Part shown: piece after piece, positions 47,977 to 59,576 of the stretch | How positions within the stretch are numbered: the first letter of the stretch is position 1 | How the letters are laid out: each line of letters opens with the position of its first letter | NCBI GenBank assembly: GCA_025594325.1 | Contig: JANHCV010000011.1 | Location: 1 to 64,000, forward strand | Source of the DNA: Blastocladiella emersonii ATCC 22665 | Taxonomy: Eukaryota; Fungi; Blastocladiomycota | Length of the DNA: 64,000 bases | Direction: 5' to 3' | Notes under the pieces: generated by a model | Database searches by the model: none | Told to the model about the DNA's origin: nothing | The model's input: only the letters and a program-made list of their open reading frames with translations | Position numbers and translations under genes: made by a program

Positions 47977-50926
47977 TTAAAATTCGTCGCTATCCTTGTC
48001 GAGCCCGGACAACTCGATTTCAATGATTTCCTCCTCGGGGTGAGGGAAAGCGAGGAGCTCGTCCGAGTTGGTGCTACTCTGCTCGCCTTGCCCCGCAGCA
48101 ACAGATGCAAGACTCGACCCCGGCATGGGATGCTTCTTCGTCACGTCCGAGTAGTCCCAGAGATCTACCATGAGGCTGGCGTCTCCCATTCGCTGCCGCC
48201 CAATGATGCTGAACGCATTGACGGTACCATCGTGCATGGGTTTCGGGTCGATAAGGCGCGAATAGATCAGGTCGACAGCCGGAGCACGGGCCTTGTCGCG
48301 AGCACGCTTATGGTAAGCGGACGGTGGAGAAATCGCGCACACGTTGTTGAACGTCGACTCGATGGCCTTAAGCTTGGGCATGGCGTGGACCAAATTGGCC
48401 GCGCTGTCAAAGGTAACGTTCGCGCCTGCGCTCTTGACCCCGATCTTGACAACACGGACGTGTTCCTCGACGTGGTGATCAATCGGGCGACAGGTGCCCG
48501 ATTCCGATTTGGCGGGATGCACAGAGCGGAGGTGAGTGGAGAGCAGGCGGTCGTACTCGGAATAGGCGCCAGCCTGACCACGGAGCTCGCTCATGATGGC
48601 GCGCTGGTAAATCTTGTGGTCCGAGCCAAGAAACGCAGCGAGAAGCGGTCGCTGGAGCCGAACCAGGGCGGGACCGTCGCCAGCGCGCACCATTTTGCTG
48701 AAATCGCGGAGGAGGAGCGCGGCCTGCAAGAACTCGCCAAGAAAAATGTGTTGCTGGGCACTCGCGGGCATGGGAATGGTTTCCTTGCTCGAGGAGCCGG
48801 AACCACGCTTCGACGCGAGGGGATTATTGCTGTAGAAATGGAGATCGGCGCTAAATGAAAGACGGGACGTTGATTAGTGGGTTCCACGAAAGCTGAAATG
48901 CGCGAGCAAGACGTACGGTGTTTTATAGTACACCCAGTTGGTCATGATCTTGTCGATCACAACAGCAATATCGTTGACAGAGAGCTTGTACGGGTCCGAG
49001 TCAGTCAGACCTCGAGCACGCTTGAGCTCGGCAAGCTCAAGCTTGAAGAGCGCACGCAAATGACACTCAAGCTTTCGGGGACGTACAAGCACATGTCAAG
49101 ATCCAACCTGTTCCTAGTTTCAGCAGCTCAGGGAGGCGTACCAGCTCGTCGATGATCCGCATGCCGGCGTGATACGTAATCTTGGCACGTTTGAGTTCCT
49201 TGCGCTGAGTAAGCTGTTTGTACCACGAGATGGACAGCTGGTCGGTGGGCTCACCCCAGAAGCGGTTCACAATCGCAGCAACGAAGTTGAACATCGTGTG
49301 CCAGTCCGAGGTGATGGGCACAATGGTGCTCAAATCCCCTCCAAAGCCGCAGTACTGTCGAGCGGCCTTTGCGGCCCATTGCATGAGAAAGGTTCCGCCA
49401 TCACCAAAGATGGGCTGCGTCGGGTGGCGACCAACGAGTCGCAGCACCTCGTCCAACACGTTGATCATGCCAGACCGCTCGCCTTCGTTCAGGTTAAGAA
49501 TCTCGACCACGCGGATCACAACCGGAAGTGTGACTGCGGGAGCTGTATTGGCGGGAAGCGCAAAGGCAGCGTGGCCAAGAACCCGAGCGTGGCCAAGGTC
49601 GGCCGCTGGCCCATCATTGCTCGAAATGTAATGCGCAATTTCGCGCCGAGCGCGCTGAAGGCGGGCCGAGCGGTCTGCCGGAGGCTCCAGAATGGCCTTG
49701 AGAGAGTAAGTAGGGGAGCCAGGCGTTCGCATAGCCGGCGTATCGTGTGCGCGAAGCAGGGCATTTCGAAGCGAGAGCTGCTCGGGCGTGAACGCGAAGT
49801 CGCACGGCTTTGGGACCTCAAAGGACAGGACAAGAGTCCAATTGTGCATGACCGAACCGTGAATCGAGGTCGATTCAGATGGAGACTGGTAAACATTGAC
49901 ATTGTCCATGGCAATCACGACAAGCGCTTTCGGATCAGCGAGGAGCTTCTTCACCGCGCCCCTGGCGCTCGTGGCCGCAAGGTTGAGGCTCCGATGGTTA
50001 GACCAGTCGGACGCTGTAACCTTCAGCTTGTTGAGGATTTTAATGACTGCGCGTGAAGCCCCACTGAGGTAATCGAGCATCATTCCGAGCGCCAGGTGCA
50101 GCGCAGAGGAGTGGCCATGCAGGAGGAAGTTGAGCGTCGTGATAATGAACATGTACGAAAGCATGGCGGGCGTTACGATTGTGGATGTCCCAGCGCGCTT
50201 GGATTGCGCGGGCGGCGAGTCGGACTCGTCCGAATCGAAGGAACTAGCCGATTCGTCAGAAGCTGGCGTCAAAGGGCGAGCCGCTGATTGTTTACGCGGA
50301 GGGGTGCTGATAGCTTTGAGTATTCTATAAAGCTGAGGGCAGATGTTCGCGCAGCGCTGGGCGATATCGCCCACGTTGAGCGCCTCAAAGTCGAGCTTTG
50401 TGCCAAGCTTCAGGTCGTTGGCGGACGCTTTGTTGAATCGTTCGAGCTCGGCATGAAGAAGCGGGATGGCCTTGGCGACTGGATCGCGGTCAATGGATGT
50501 ATCGATCAACTCAAGCAGCTCACCCCACTCGCGAGTAACCGACTCCTTGGTCGCATTTGGAAGGACGGCAAGCTTAGTATTCGCACCAGTCGGATCCAGA
50601 TCCGCACACAAGTCGATGTAGCCCTGGCGAAGGTCATCTGGCGTGAGACGCGCCAAGGCGGCCCTCGCGAGCAACTGACGATCAAGAGGTTTCCAGGGCG
50701 GGTCCCGCGGAATCGGTTGGACCATGCGACGCAAGAACCATCGACGAGGCTCCGAGTCGAGTCGCGTCCGGTCGCCCATTGACTGTACAGGGTCAGGGGG
50801 ACGACCACCGCTCGTTCCACTCCCGGCGGACGGTGCCGCGTCAGACGAGCTTGCCAAAGGGGCGGCCACCGTCGAACTGCGAGATTTCTTGGTCATAAAT
50901 GTCGGTTGCGATAGGTTAGGTTGCAT
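47977..50926 (-). CDS. Element-encoded DUF6589-like RNase H-fold (DDE) transposase, ~937 aa; introns 49141-49072 and 48916-48851
   Basis: IAMDNVNVY, LNLNEG, IFGDGGT, SDWH, VRAGDGPAL..FLGSDHKIY, RPIDHHVEEH. Spliced frame is stop-free; the first intron needs an AAG acceptor. Confidence 0.8.
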
Positions 50927-51609
50927 AGCAGCTCACATGGAGGTGCATTCGTGGAGCTTCATTGGAGAGAGCGAACGCGGTGGGCGCCGCGCGACTTGGC
51001 CCGCATCACTTCGTCCAACACCAGTCCCCTTGACCGAGGTCGACGCATTCAATTCTCATGAAGCAGGAGGAGCTCGGATTCTCATTATCCCGCCCAAGGA
51101 TTGGGCCTTGAGAGTGGGGCGCGAGGCCGCGCGGCTCCTCCCCGCTCAATCATCGCTCCGACCACATATTTTTCACATCCATGGGTGTCAGAATAAAGCC
51201 AGAAGCTTGTTGTACTCACGTATTGCCTTAGTTGTGAAGTTCATGTCGCGGGGAGTGAGGGCGGCGCCGCAAGGGCCCGCGCTCGAGCGGCTACCACAGG
51301 GCCGCGGCCTTCGATCAAGCCTAACTCCTCAGCGGCGCGGAATCAAGGTTTGTGATTAATACGAGCGTGTAGCCCTTGCAGAGACGCGTCGATTGATATG
51401 CATATAAAGCCGATCGGGTAAGGGGTGCGGGAGCAGGAGGTTTAGAGCGCAGATCGCTTCTGGGCCGAGCAAACTGCAACCAGACCGTACGAGAGACGCG
51501 CCGTGCAGGGCGCGGTCATGTGACTCCGGAAACGTGACCCCCACGCGACCGCTCTGGCCAGCTGGATCCGCACGGTCTGGCACCGAGACTAGCCGCGCGG
51601 CGCTTCTGC

Positions 51610-51785
51610 AGGTTGGGCCAAGGCCGATCACGTGCAAGGCCAGGACGCGTTGCGCCACAGCAGTCACATGAGAAACGACGCGTCTGTCACGCGTTTTTGG
51701 GTCGCTCACGTGGATCGCGCTCACGTGAGCGTCGGCACCCTATCCGGCAGCGACCCGGTCTAGAAAGAGGGCTTTAGCCCTCAAT
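51610..51785 (+). repeat. Module A, copy 1 (~180-bp dispersed repeat ending in a GAGGGCT-TT-AGCCCTC hairpin)
   Basis: GATCACGTG..ACGCGTTGCGCCACA..AAACGACGCGTCTGTCACGCGTTT..GCTCACGTGAGCG..GAGGGCTTTAGCCCTC. Other copies at 58047-58230 (-), 59878-60060 and 61140-61320. Confidence 0.88.
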
Positions 51786-52221
51786 TTGATTTTAATTATA
51801 CTTGAGACACCTAAACGCTGCTGTAGTGGGGGGGGTGCGTGCGAGACATGCAAGACACGCACGCGTCAAGGTCAGGTGTGGATCACGCCACCCACCGACA
51901 CCGCCTCCCACGCCTCTGCCGCGGCCCAACGCGCGGCGCACTCTTGCGCTTGGTTCCTGTTTGAGGATGGATGAAGCTGTTCCTGTTTGATACACTGGTT
52001 GATTTCCCCTGCAATACCATCCTGTCGCTGTACGTTGCGTGTATCCCGCTTCCCCTGTGCCTGAGTAGAATAGCAGGTTATGAGCCCTGGTGCAGCCTCT
52101 CGCCGCAGCTCAAGAAGACACAGGAGATGTCTTTCACGTAACCAGCAACCTCAAGCTGTCATGAGGACAGCAGGGGTAGAAGGCTCCGCCGGAAGGCGTA
52201 GAGCATGATGGTCGCTTGCCC

Positions 52222-52392
52222 CACAAGGGGGCTTGAGCACCAAAGCTCGCCCTTTGAGGGGGCTAGAGCACCAAGGAGCTTTGCTCGCCCCTCAAGGGAG
52301 CTGGAGCACCAAGGAGATTTGCTCGCCCCTCAAGGGAGCTGGAGGACCAAGGAGATTTGCTCGCCCCTCAAGGGAGCTGGAGCACCAAGGAG
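52222..52392 (+). repeat. 38-bp tandem repeat (~4.5 units) in the Copia leader
   Basis: GCTCGCCCCTCAAGGGAGCTGGAGCACCAAGGAGATTT; units start at 52245, 52283, 52321 and 52359. Confidence 0.9.
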
Positions 52393-52527
52393 ACAACCAT
52401 GGACAAGAAGCTGACCCGACATGGCGTCGCGCGCGCTTCCAGATGACCAACGTCAACATGGACAAGCAGAACAAGGCCAAGGCAGTCATCGCTGACGCCA
52501 TGTTCCAGTACTTCAACACAATCAACT

Positions 52528-55500
52528 GACGTCCTGTACGCGCCCAACCTGGCGCGTCGCCTGATCAGCACAACGCAGCTGCAGCGCGACAGCGTGACGT
52601 CGACGTTCCCCGCCAACAAGACCACCTTCACGCTGGAGCTGGCCTGCGGCTGCAAGATCAAGGGCGCGATCCACGGGCGCCTCCCAACGCTTGTTGGCGT
52701 GCTGCCCGCTCGCGCGCAGGCGCGCGTGCCCAAGGCCAAGAAGGCTCACTTCCACCACCCAACGGAGGAGTTGGCCATGATGGTTGCCAATCTTGGCACG
52801 TACGCGGGGCCGCACCCCAACGTCTGTTTCTAGGCGTGCCCGTTGGACAAGGACATGAAGAAGGCCGTCAACAAGGAGCGCGCCGTGGCCGTCGAGGTCA
52901 TGACCAAGATCAATGAGCAGTCGTTTGCCAACATGATTGGCAAGGAGACCAACGCGCAGCACACGGCGCTGGTGGCGTGCGCGACCGTCCCCGAGGCTGG
53001 CGCGTGCGACGCCACGTTCCACATGTTTGCTGACGCGACGCTCAACTACTCGCCGCAGCACGTTGCGCACGTGTGGCTTGGTCACCCAGGCGCCCACGTC
53101 ATCAAGGCGGTCCTCGCGGACCCGGCGTACAAGCTGGGCGACCTCGCCCGTCAATGCACTGGGAACCGCAGCAACAAGGACGTGGGCGGCATCTGCGTGT
53201 TGTGCGTCACAGCCAACATCCAGCGCGGCCCGTCGGCGGGCCCCGCGGGCGAGAAGACCAAGGCGCGCCTCGAGTGCCTGCTCTTCAACCTCGCCATTGT
53301 CAACGAGGCCGCCGTTGAGGACAAGACGTGCATCCTGCTTGTGCTCAACGACTACACGCGCAAGGCCTGGGCGTTTGCCCTCGAGGCCAAGTCCAACGCG
53401 CCCGAGTTCATCATGAAGCTTGTCAACCGCCTCGAGAACAAGACCAACACCACCGTCAAGCGGTTCCGCTTGGACAACGGCGGCGAGTTCAAGAACAAGA
53501 CGCTCACCGAGTGGGCCGCCGCCAAGGGCATCAAGTGGCATTTCTTGCCGCCAGGTAACCACCACGCCGACAGGCGCATCAAGTGGCTGGTGCAGGACGT
53601 GACTGTCAAGGCCCGCGCGTCGATCGCTGCCGCTGTTGACCTGCCTGAGACGTACTAGCCGTACACGTTCACGGCCGCGTGTTTTGTCTGCAACTGCCTC
53701 CCGAGCACCGCGCTCGAGCAGCCCAAGGGCCGCTACCACATCTCGCCGCACGAGGCGTGGTGGGTGAGGCGCCGGATCTTGGCATCTTCCACGCGTGGTT
53801 GGCGGACGTGGTTGTCCGTTCCCCGCGCAACAAAATCAGCAAGATCCGCCCGCATGGTTCCTCGATGCGCCTGCTCGGCTACACCAGCAGCGGTGCCGCG
53901 TACATGTTGTCAACCTTGAGACCCAGGAGATCCACACCACCAGCTGGGCCGTGTTTGACGAGACCCGCGTCATGGAGCGGTCGTTCCGCCGGCGGTCGGC
54001 GGGAGCTGCTGCGCCCGAGTCGGCGGGAGCTGCCGCGCCCGAGTCGGCGGGAGCTGCCGCGCCCAGGTCGGCGGGAGCTGTTGCGCCGCAGCCGGCGGAA
54101 GCTGCTGCGCCGCAGTTGGCGGGAGCTCCGGTTGCCGTGTCCACCGCTGCGCGGCGGGAGGGTGCGGGCAGCAAAGCCGCCGCAGCACCGCATCGCGATG
54201 TCGCCGGTCCCGATCGCGATTACGGTGCCACGGACCTGGTGCCCATTGGTGATCACGGCGTCGCGGCTCGGAAACGTGCTGCATCTCCCGCGCCTGATCT
54301 GGAGCGCAAGCCAAAGCGCACCAACCCGGCCCGCTCAAACCGCGGCCAGCTGCCGGCCAAGTTCAAGGACTTGGACACCACCATTGATCCAACGGACGAC
54401 GCTGCGCGAAACAGCAGCGCGCGCGACAAGTACACGCTTGACTACGGGTTCATTGCGGCGCTGCTGGACGACAAGGCCGCCGCGTTCCTTGGCGAGTTTG
54501 TCAACATCCTGACGCCTCGGACGTATAAGGAGGCCATGTCCAGCGCGCAGTGGGCCGAGTGGGTCCAGGCCATCAAGGAGGAGCTCCAGTCCCTCATCAA
54601 CAACGACACGTTCGAGATTGTCAAGTGGCCAGTGCGCGGCAATGGCCGCATGGCCCACGTCATCACGTCCATGTTCGTGTTCGCGCTCAAGCGCAACAAC
54701 GAGGGCGAGGTGACCCGCTTCAAGGCGCGTCTCGTTGCGCACGGAAACCAGCAGATCAAGGGCCGCGACTTCAACACGACGTTCGCGCCCGCCGTCGCCC
54801 ACGGATTGGCGCGCACGCTGTTTGCCATCGCCGCCGCGCAGGGCCTGCCCGTTCATTCAATGGACGTGACGAGCGCGTACGTCCACGCTGAAGGAAACGG
54901 TGTACATGCGCGCGCCCAAGGGCATGGACATCAAGGACGGCCACGTCCTGAAGCTCAAGAAGTCGCTGTACGGTCTGCGCCAGGCTGGCCACGAGTGGTC
55001 GAACCACCTCGCCGCCATCCTCATCAAGAACGGGTTCATCGCCAGCGCCGCCGACTGCTGCGTGTACATTCGGCGTACGCGCACGTCCGTCACGTACCTG
55101 ATCGCCTACGTCGACGACATCCTGATCGCGGGCACCGACGAGAAGGAGGTCGCCGCTGTCAAGGCCGCGCTCGCGCGAGAGCTCAAGATCAAGGACCTGG
55201 GCCTGGCCTCGAAATACCTCAACATGCAGGTGATCCAGACCAAGGACGGTATCTGGATCGGCCAGCCGCAGTACACGCGCGACCTGATCAAGGAGTTCGG
55301 CGGCGACTCGCCCAGGACGCGCAGCACGCCCATGGTCGCCACCAGCTCGGCCAAGGAGGCGGTGCCGCTCAACCCGGGCGAGCGCAAGCGGTTCCTGTCG
55401 CTGCTCGGCGGGCTGATGCACCTCGCGACCGTGTCGCGCGTTGACATTGCGTACGCGACCAGCGTCGTGTCGCAGAACGCGGCCAACCCAACGACCATGG

Positions 55501-56087
55501 ACATGGACGCGCTCATCGCGATCGTCGAGTACCTCAAGGGCACTGTCTCGCTCAGCATCATGTACCACCGGTCCGCCAATGGGTCGGTCAATCTGTCCGC
55601 GTACGTGGACGCCGATTTCGCTGGTGACGAGGCGACGCGCAGATCGACCACGGGGTTCGTCACGCTGATCAACGGCAGCGCGACGACCTGGTGCTCGCGC
55701 CGCCAGTTGTGGGTAGCGCTCTCAACGACCAAGGCCGAGCTCAACGCCGCCACCGAGGCGATCCGCGACGTGGCCTGGCTCAACACGCTCACGTCCGACC
55801 TGCTCAACAAGAAGATCGACATGGTGCCGACGTTCATTGACAACGACGCGGCGCGCATCCTCGCCACCACGAGCGACATGCGCCGGTCGGTCAAGCACGT
55901 CTCAGTGCGCGTGTTCTTCCTGCGCGAGCAGGTCAAGGAGAAGGTCGTCGAGCTCAAGTACGTGCCGTCCAAGAAGAACCTCGCCGACTACCTCACCAAG
56001 GTCGTGCCGCGAGACCAGTTCATCGAGACGCTCAAGGCCATGGGCATGGTCAAGCTTGAGGACGTCGTCCCGGTCAAGACCAAGTAG
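52528..56087 (+). pseudogene. Copia pol remnant (PR C-terminus, IN, RT, RNase H)
   Basis: DVLYAPNL, WLGH..CVLC, RLDNGGEF, AIKEELQSL, RFKARLVA, LKKSLYGLRQ, YVDDIL, YVDADFAG. TAG stops at ~52833 and ~53658 and a frameshift near 54895. Confidence 0.93.
53995..54126 (+). repeat. 24-bp coding tandem repeat (SAGAAAPE x ~5.5) in the Copia IN-RT linker
   Basis: GTCGGCGGGAGCTGCCGCGCCCGA units. Confidence 0.85.
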
Positions 56088-56527
56088 TCCGGGTGCCGAG
56101 ATCCATGCGGGAGTGCTGTAGTGGGGGTGCGTGCGAGACATGCGAGACACGCACGCGTCGAGGTCAGGTGTGGATCACGCCACCCACTGACGCCGCCTCC
56201 CACGCCTCTGCTGCGGCCCAACGCGTGGCGCACTCTCGCGCTCGGTTCCTGTTTGAGGATGGATGAAGCTGTTCCTGTTTGATACACTGGTTGATTTCCC
56301 CTGCAATACCATCCTGTCGCTGTACGTCGCGTGTATCCCGCTTCCCCTGTGCCTGAGTAGAATAGCAAACGCTTTGCGTTTGGTTTTCAATCAAGGGCTA
56401 AAGCCCGTGCCACGTTGGGCGCTGGCGCCATGCGGGTGCGCAATCGCTTGAATCGCGGGTAAGCGCCTGTTGAACGAGTCTTGAACATCGTCGCTATGGC
56501 AGTACTTGCCGCTGGGGTCGGAGAGCG

Positions 56528-56817
56528 GCGCGTCGCAGCAAAGCGCGACGCAGCACAGCGCGACGCAGCACAGCGCGACGCAGCACAGCGCGACGCAGCA
56601 CAGCGCGACGCAGCACAGCGCGTCGCAGCACAGCGCGTCGCAGCACAGCGCGTCGCAGCACAGCGCGTCGCAGCACAGCGCGTCGCAGCACAGCGCGTCG
56701 CAGCACAGCGCGTCGCAGCACAGCGCGTCGCAGCACAGCGCGTCGCAGCACAGCGCGTCGCAGCACAGCGCGTCGCAGCACAGCGCGTCGCAGCACAGCG
56801 CGTCGCAGCACAGCGCG
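56528..56817 (+). repeat. 15-bp minisatellite, ~19 units
   Basis: GCGCG(T/A)CGCAGCACA in tandem, no spacers. Confidence 0.97.
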
Positions 56818-57790
56818 CTGGAGGGCGGTGCAGCTGGTCGCTCGCGTCGAGGGGCGTTAGGGCACCGTCATGGGCCACTGGCGCGGCATCAGCGATCGCG
56901 TTGCAGCGCGGCCGCCAAGTACGCCACCGCACGGCGCTCGAGGCGATGGCCGTCGCGGCGGGGAGTACGAGACGCAGGTCAATGAGCTCGCGCAGGCGGT
57001 TGTACATCCGCTTGAACCATGCGGCGACCGGCGCGTCCATGACGGCGGCCGCGGTACATTTGATACGGTTTGAGCTGCTGAGCTGCTCGCCAAGCGAGCC
57101 GGCGACGCTTGCGTGGAGGCCGCCGCCGACCTCGACCTTGGCGAGCACCACGAGGGCGCTGCTGATGCGGGAAGCGTCGTTGTTGAACACCGCCGGGACG
57201 AGTGCGCGCGAAGCGGGGCACGCGAACGCGTGTGTCTGCGTGTAGGCGACCTCGACACCAGTCTTGAGGCACTTGGCGCGGATGGGCGACTTGTAGCGGT
57301 GCGACCGGTACTGGTGTAGACGGGTACGGGTCATCAGCTGGCTCGCGAGCGCACGGAGCTGGAAGCACAGGAGCGCATTTGCAGCAAGAGGTTCGCTTGG
57401 GCGGATGCGCGTGTGCCGCCCAAAAGCGCGCCGCGTTGACAACGCCCTCGTTGTTCAGCGTGTAAGTGAGCTGGGCGCCGCGGCGAGCGGACACGATGGC
57501 GGCGAGGGTGCCCCGCAGCTCGGAACGGAAGCTCGAGTGATTCCTGTCAGTGACACACAGCGAGTTCCAGCGATCCGCTCACGAAGACGCCCGCACGCGG
57601 CGCCACGTCTGGCAAACCTGCGACATGAAGCGACCCGTCCGTGGAAAGTGTTCCACCCGCGATACCCTGCGCGTCCTCGGCGAGGCCAAGCGAGAGAACC
57701 GACCGCGCGAAGTCAGCGGGCTCCGGCACACTTAGTTCATGATGCGCACGAGCTGCGCATCCTAAACCTTTGCCAGAAATGACATCTGAC
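56818..57790 (-). pseudogene. 5'-truncated non-LTR retrotransposon 3' remnant, copy 1 (RNase H plus zf-RVT)
   Basis: STDGS..NHSSFRSELRGTLAAI..LNNEGVV and [32 protein letters not shown], with frameshifts. Confidence 0.7.
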
Positions 57791-57959
57791 GCAAGTTTCT
57801 CCTCAAGCGGATCTCTCGAGCTCGCGGTCCTCACTTTAAACACTCATGGGGCCTTGCAAGTCGCTCAGAGCGCGACCATTGAGCTCGCGCCCGCGTCCGT
57901 CAACAAACCCGTGCTAGCGGCTCGAAGGTGACCTGCGTCGTCCAAGCACGTACGCCGAG

Positions 57960-58406
57960 CACGGGCTCCGTTTCCCAACACGCACACCAAGCCCGGGCTC
58001 CGCTGGCGACTTGACGTGTTTCTGCATCTCTCACGCGTTCATGTCGAGGGCTAAAGCCCTCTTCTTAGACCGCGTTGCGGCCGGGCGGGCTGCCGACGCT
58101 CACGTGAGCATGTCTCCCTCTGGTCATGTGAATGTCCTCAAAACGCGTGACAGACGCGTCGTTTCTCATGTGACTGCTGTGGCGCAACGCGTCCTGGCCT
58201 TGCACGTGATCGGCCTCGGCCCAACCCCCGGAAGCGCGTCGCTTGACGCTGTTCCGCTCGGCCACTGCGGAACGTTTAACGCTTTGCACCGATCCTCGAC
58301 CAGGCCCGCGAGACTCCGAGCACATGAAAGCGTGAGAGATGCAGAAGCGCGTTAAGCCGCTAATGGAGCCCGTGCTTGGCGTGCGTGTTGGAAAACGAAG
58401 CCCGTG
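57960..58406. repeat. 42-bp inverted repeats (57960-58001, 58365-58406) enclosing an inverted module A; MITE-like
   Basis: Arms 38/42 identical; no TSD found. Confidence 0.7.
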
Positions 58407-58559
58407 TTCTGTGCACATCCTTAAACGACGCGGTTCACCTGGGAGCCGCTAGCGCAGGCTCGTTGACGTGGGCGCGAGTTCAACGGTTGCACCGAGAACG
58501 ACTTGCAAGGTCCCATGAACGTGAGTTCGAGTGAGGACTGCGAGGTCGAGAGATCCCCT

Positions 58560-59575
58560 CTTTGAGTTGCGGTCCGTTACACGGACGGGTCGCTCCGTGG
58601 CTTGGGTTTGCCAGACGTTGCAGCGGGCGCAGACGTCTTTGTGAGCGGATCGCTGGAACTCGCTGTTCGCGTGGGTGCGGGTCCGCGCAACGTGCTCGCT
58701 TGAGTGGGCCGTGATCCGCTGGATCATCGCGGCCCGCGAGCTCCAGGTCGAGTGGGTCCGTGGCCACGCCGTGAACTTGGAGCTTCACGGCGCGCAGGCG
58801 CGGCTGCGACTTCAACTCAGTCCCGCGACGCGCTCTCCGCCGCCTGCACGACGCGCGACACGACCCGCTGCTCGCTCTGATCGCGTCCGCTGGCATCACG
58901 TCCTCCCCCATCGATGTCCCATTCCTTGTCACTGCGCTTAGGGGCAGCACGCGCCGCATCCACCCGAGCGAGTCCCTCACCGCGAACTCGTTCCCGTGCT
59001 TCCAGCTCCGCGCGCTTGCAGGCCAGCTGCCGACCCACGGCTGTTTGCACCAGCTCTGGCCGCACCGCTACGAGTCCCCCAACTGCGCCGAATGCCCAAA
59101 AACTGGCGGCAAGGTCGCTGACACTCAAGCGTACGCGTTTGAGCGCACACTCTTCGCGCGCAATCGTCTCCGCGGCACTGGACGACGTCCGCATTGTAAA
59201 CGCCCTCGCGGCGGTTGACAAGGGCTAGATCGGGGGCGGGCTCCGCACCAGCGTAACCGGATCGTTCGCCGAGCGCCTTCTCAACCCAAAACACATGAAG
59301 CACTGTGGCCGCCATCCAGGACGCACCACTCGTCGCGTGGTTCAAACAGGTTTACTGAGACGAACTCATCGATCCACGCCTCGCGCTCCTGCCGCGACGG
59401 CCATTGCCTCGAGCGCCATGCAGGAGCTTGCTTGGCGCCCTCGCTGCAGCGCGATTGCTGATGCCGCGCCGGTGACACATGACGGTGCCCTGCCGCCACT
59501 CAACGCGAGCGACCAACCGCACCATCCTTTGTTGAAGCGCGCGCATCGCGCAGCAGGGGAACGCGCTGTGCTGTG
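58560..59575 (+). pseudogene. Non-LTR remnant, copy 2, inverted relative to copy 1
   Basis: LPDVAAG..VFVSGSLELAV, EWVRGH, CFQLRALAGQLPT..YESPNCAEC..DTQAYAF; 3' DNA homologous to 56830-56960. Confidence 0.7.
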
Positions 59576-59576
59576 G

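Larger units (their letters stand above)
44586..51591. mobile_element. AcademH-type DNA transposon (RecQ-like helicase plus DUF6589-like transposase), 7006 bp, apparently intact
   Basis: Termini TAGTCTCGGTTCCAGAC / GTCTGGCACCGAGACTA (16/17 inverted) and a perfect 9-bp TSD GCCGCGCGG (44577-85, 51592-600). Inner 17-bp perfect IR pair at 44689-705 / 51469-85. Two convergent spliced ORFs. Confidence 0.88.
51819..56367 (+). mobile_element. Degenerate Ty1/Copia LTR retrotransposon, gag and most of the protease missing
   Basis: TGCT..AGCA LTRs 51819-52075 and 56114-56367, AACGC TSD, PBS GGTTATGAGCCC, PPT GCGGGAG. Confidence 0.96.

Noticed and set aside
49072-49141. Alternative 34-nt intron (GTACGC..AACAG) in the transposase
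   Set aside because: It gives an in-frame TGA; the 70-nt intron ending in AAG keeps the frame and fits host intron size.
56481-57245. ORFs with AQRVA / LRRAV / SQHSA / RCAAT peptide repeats
   Set aside because: Translations of the 15-bp minisatellite, which is open in several frames; no evidence of a real repeat protein.
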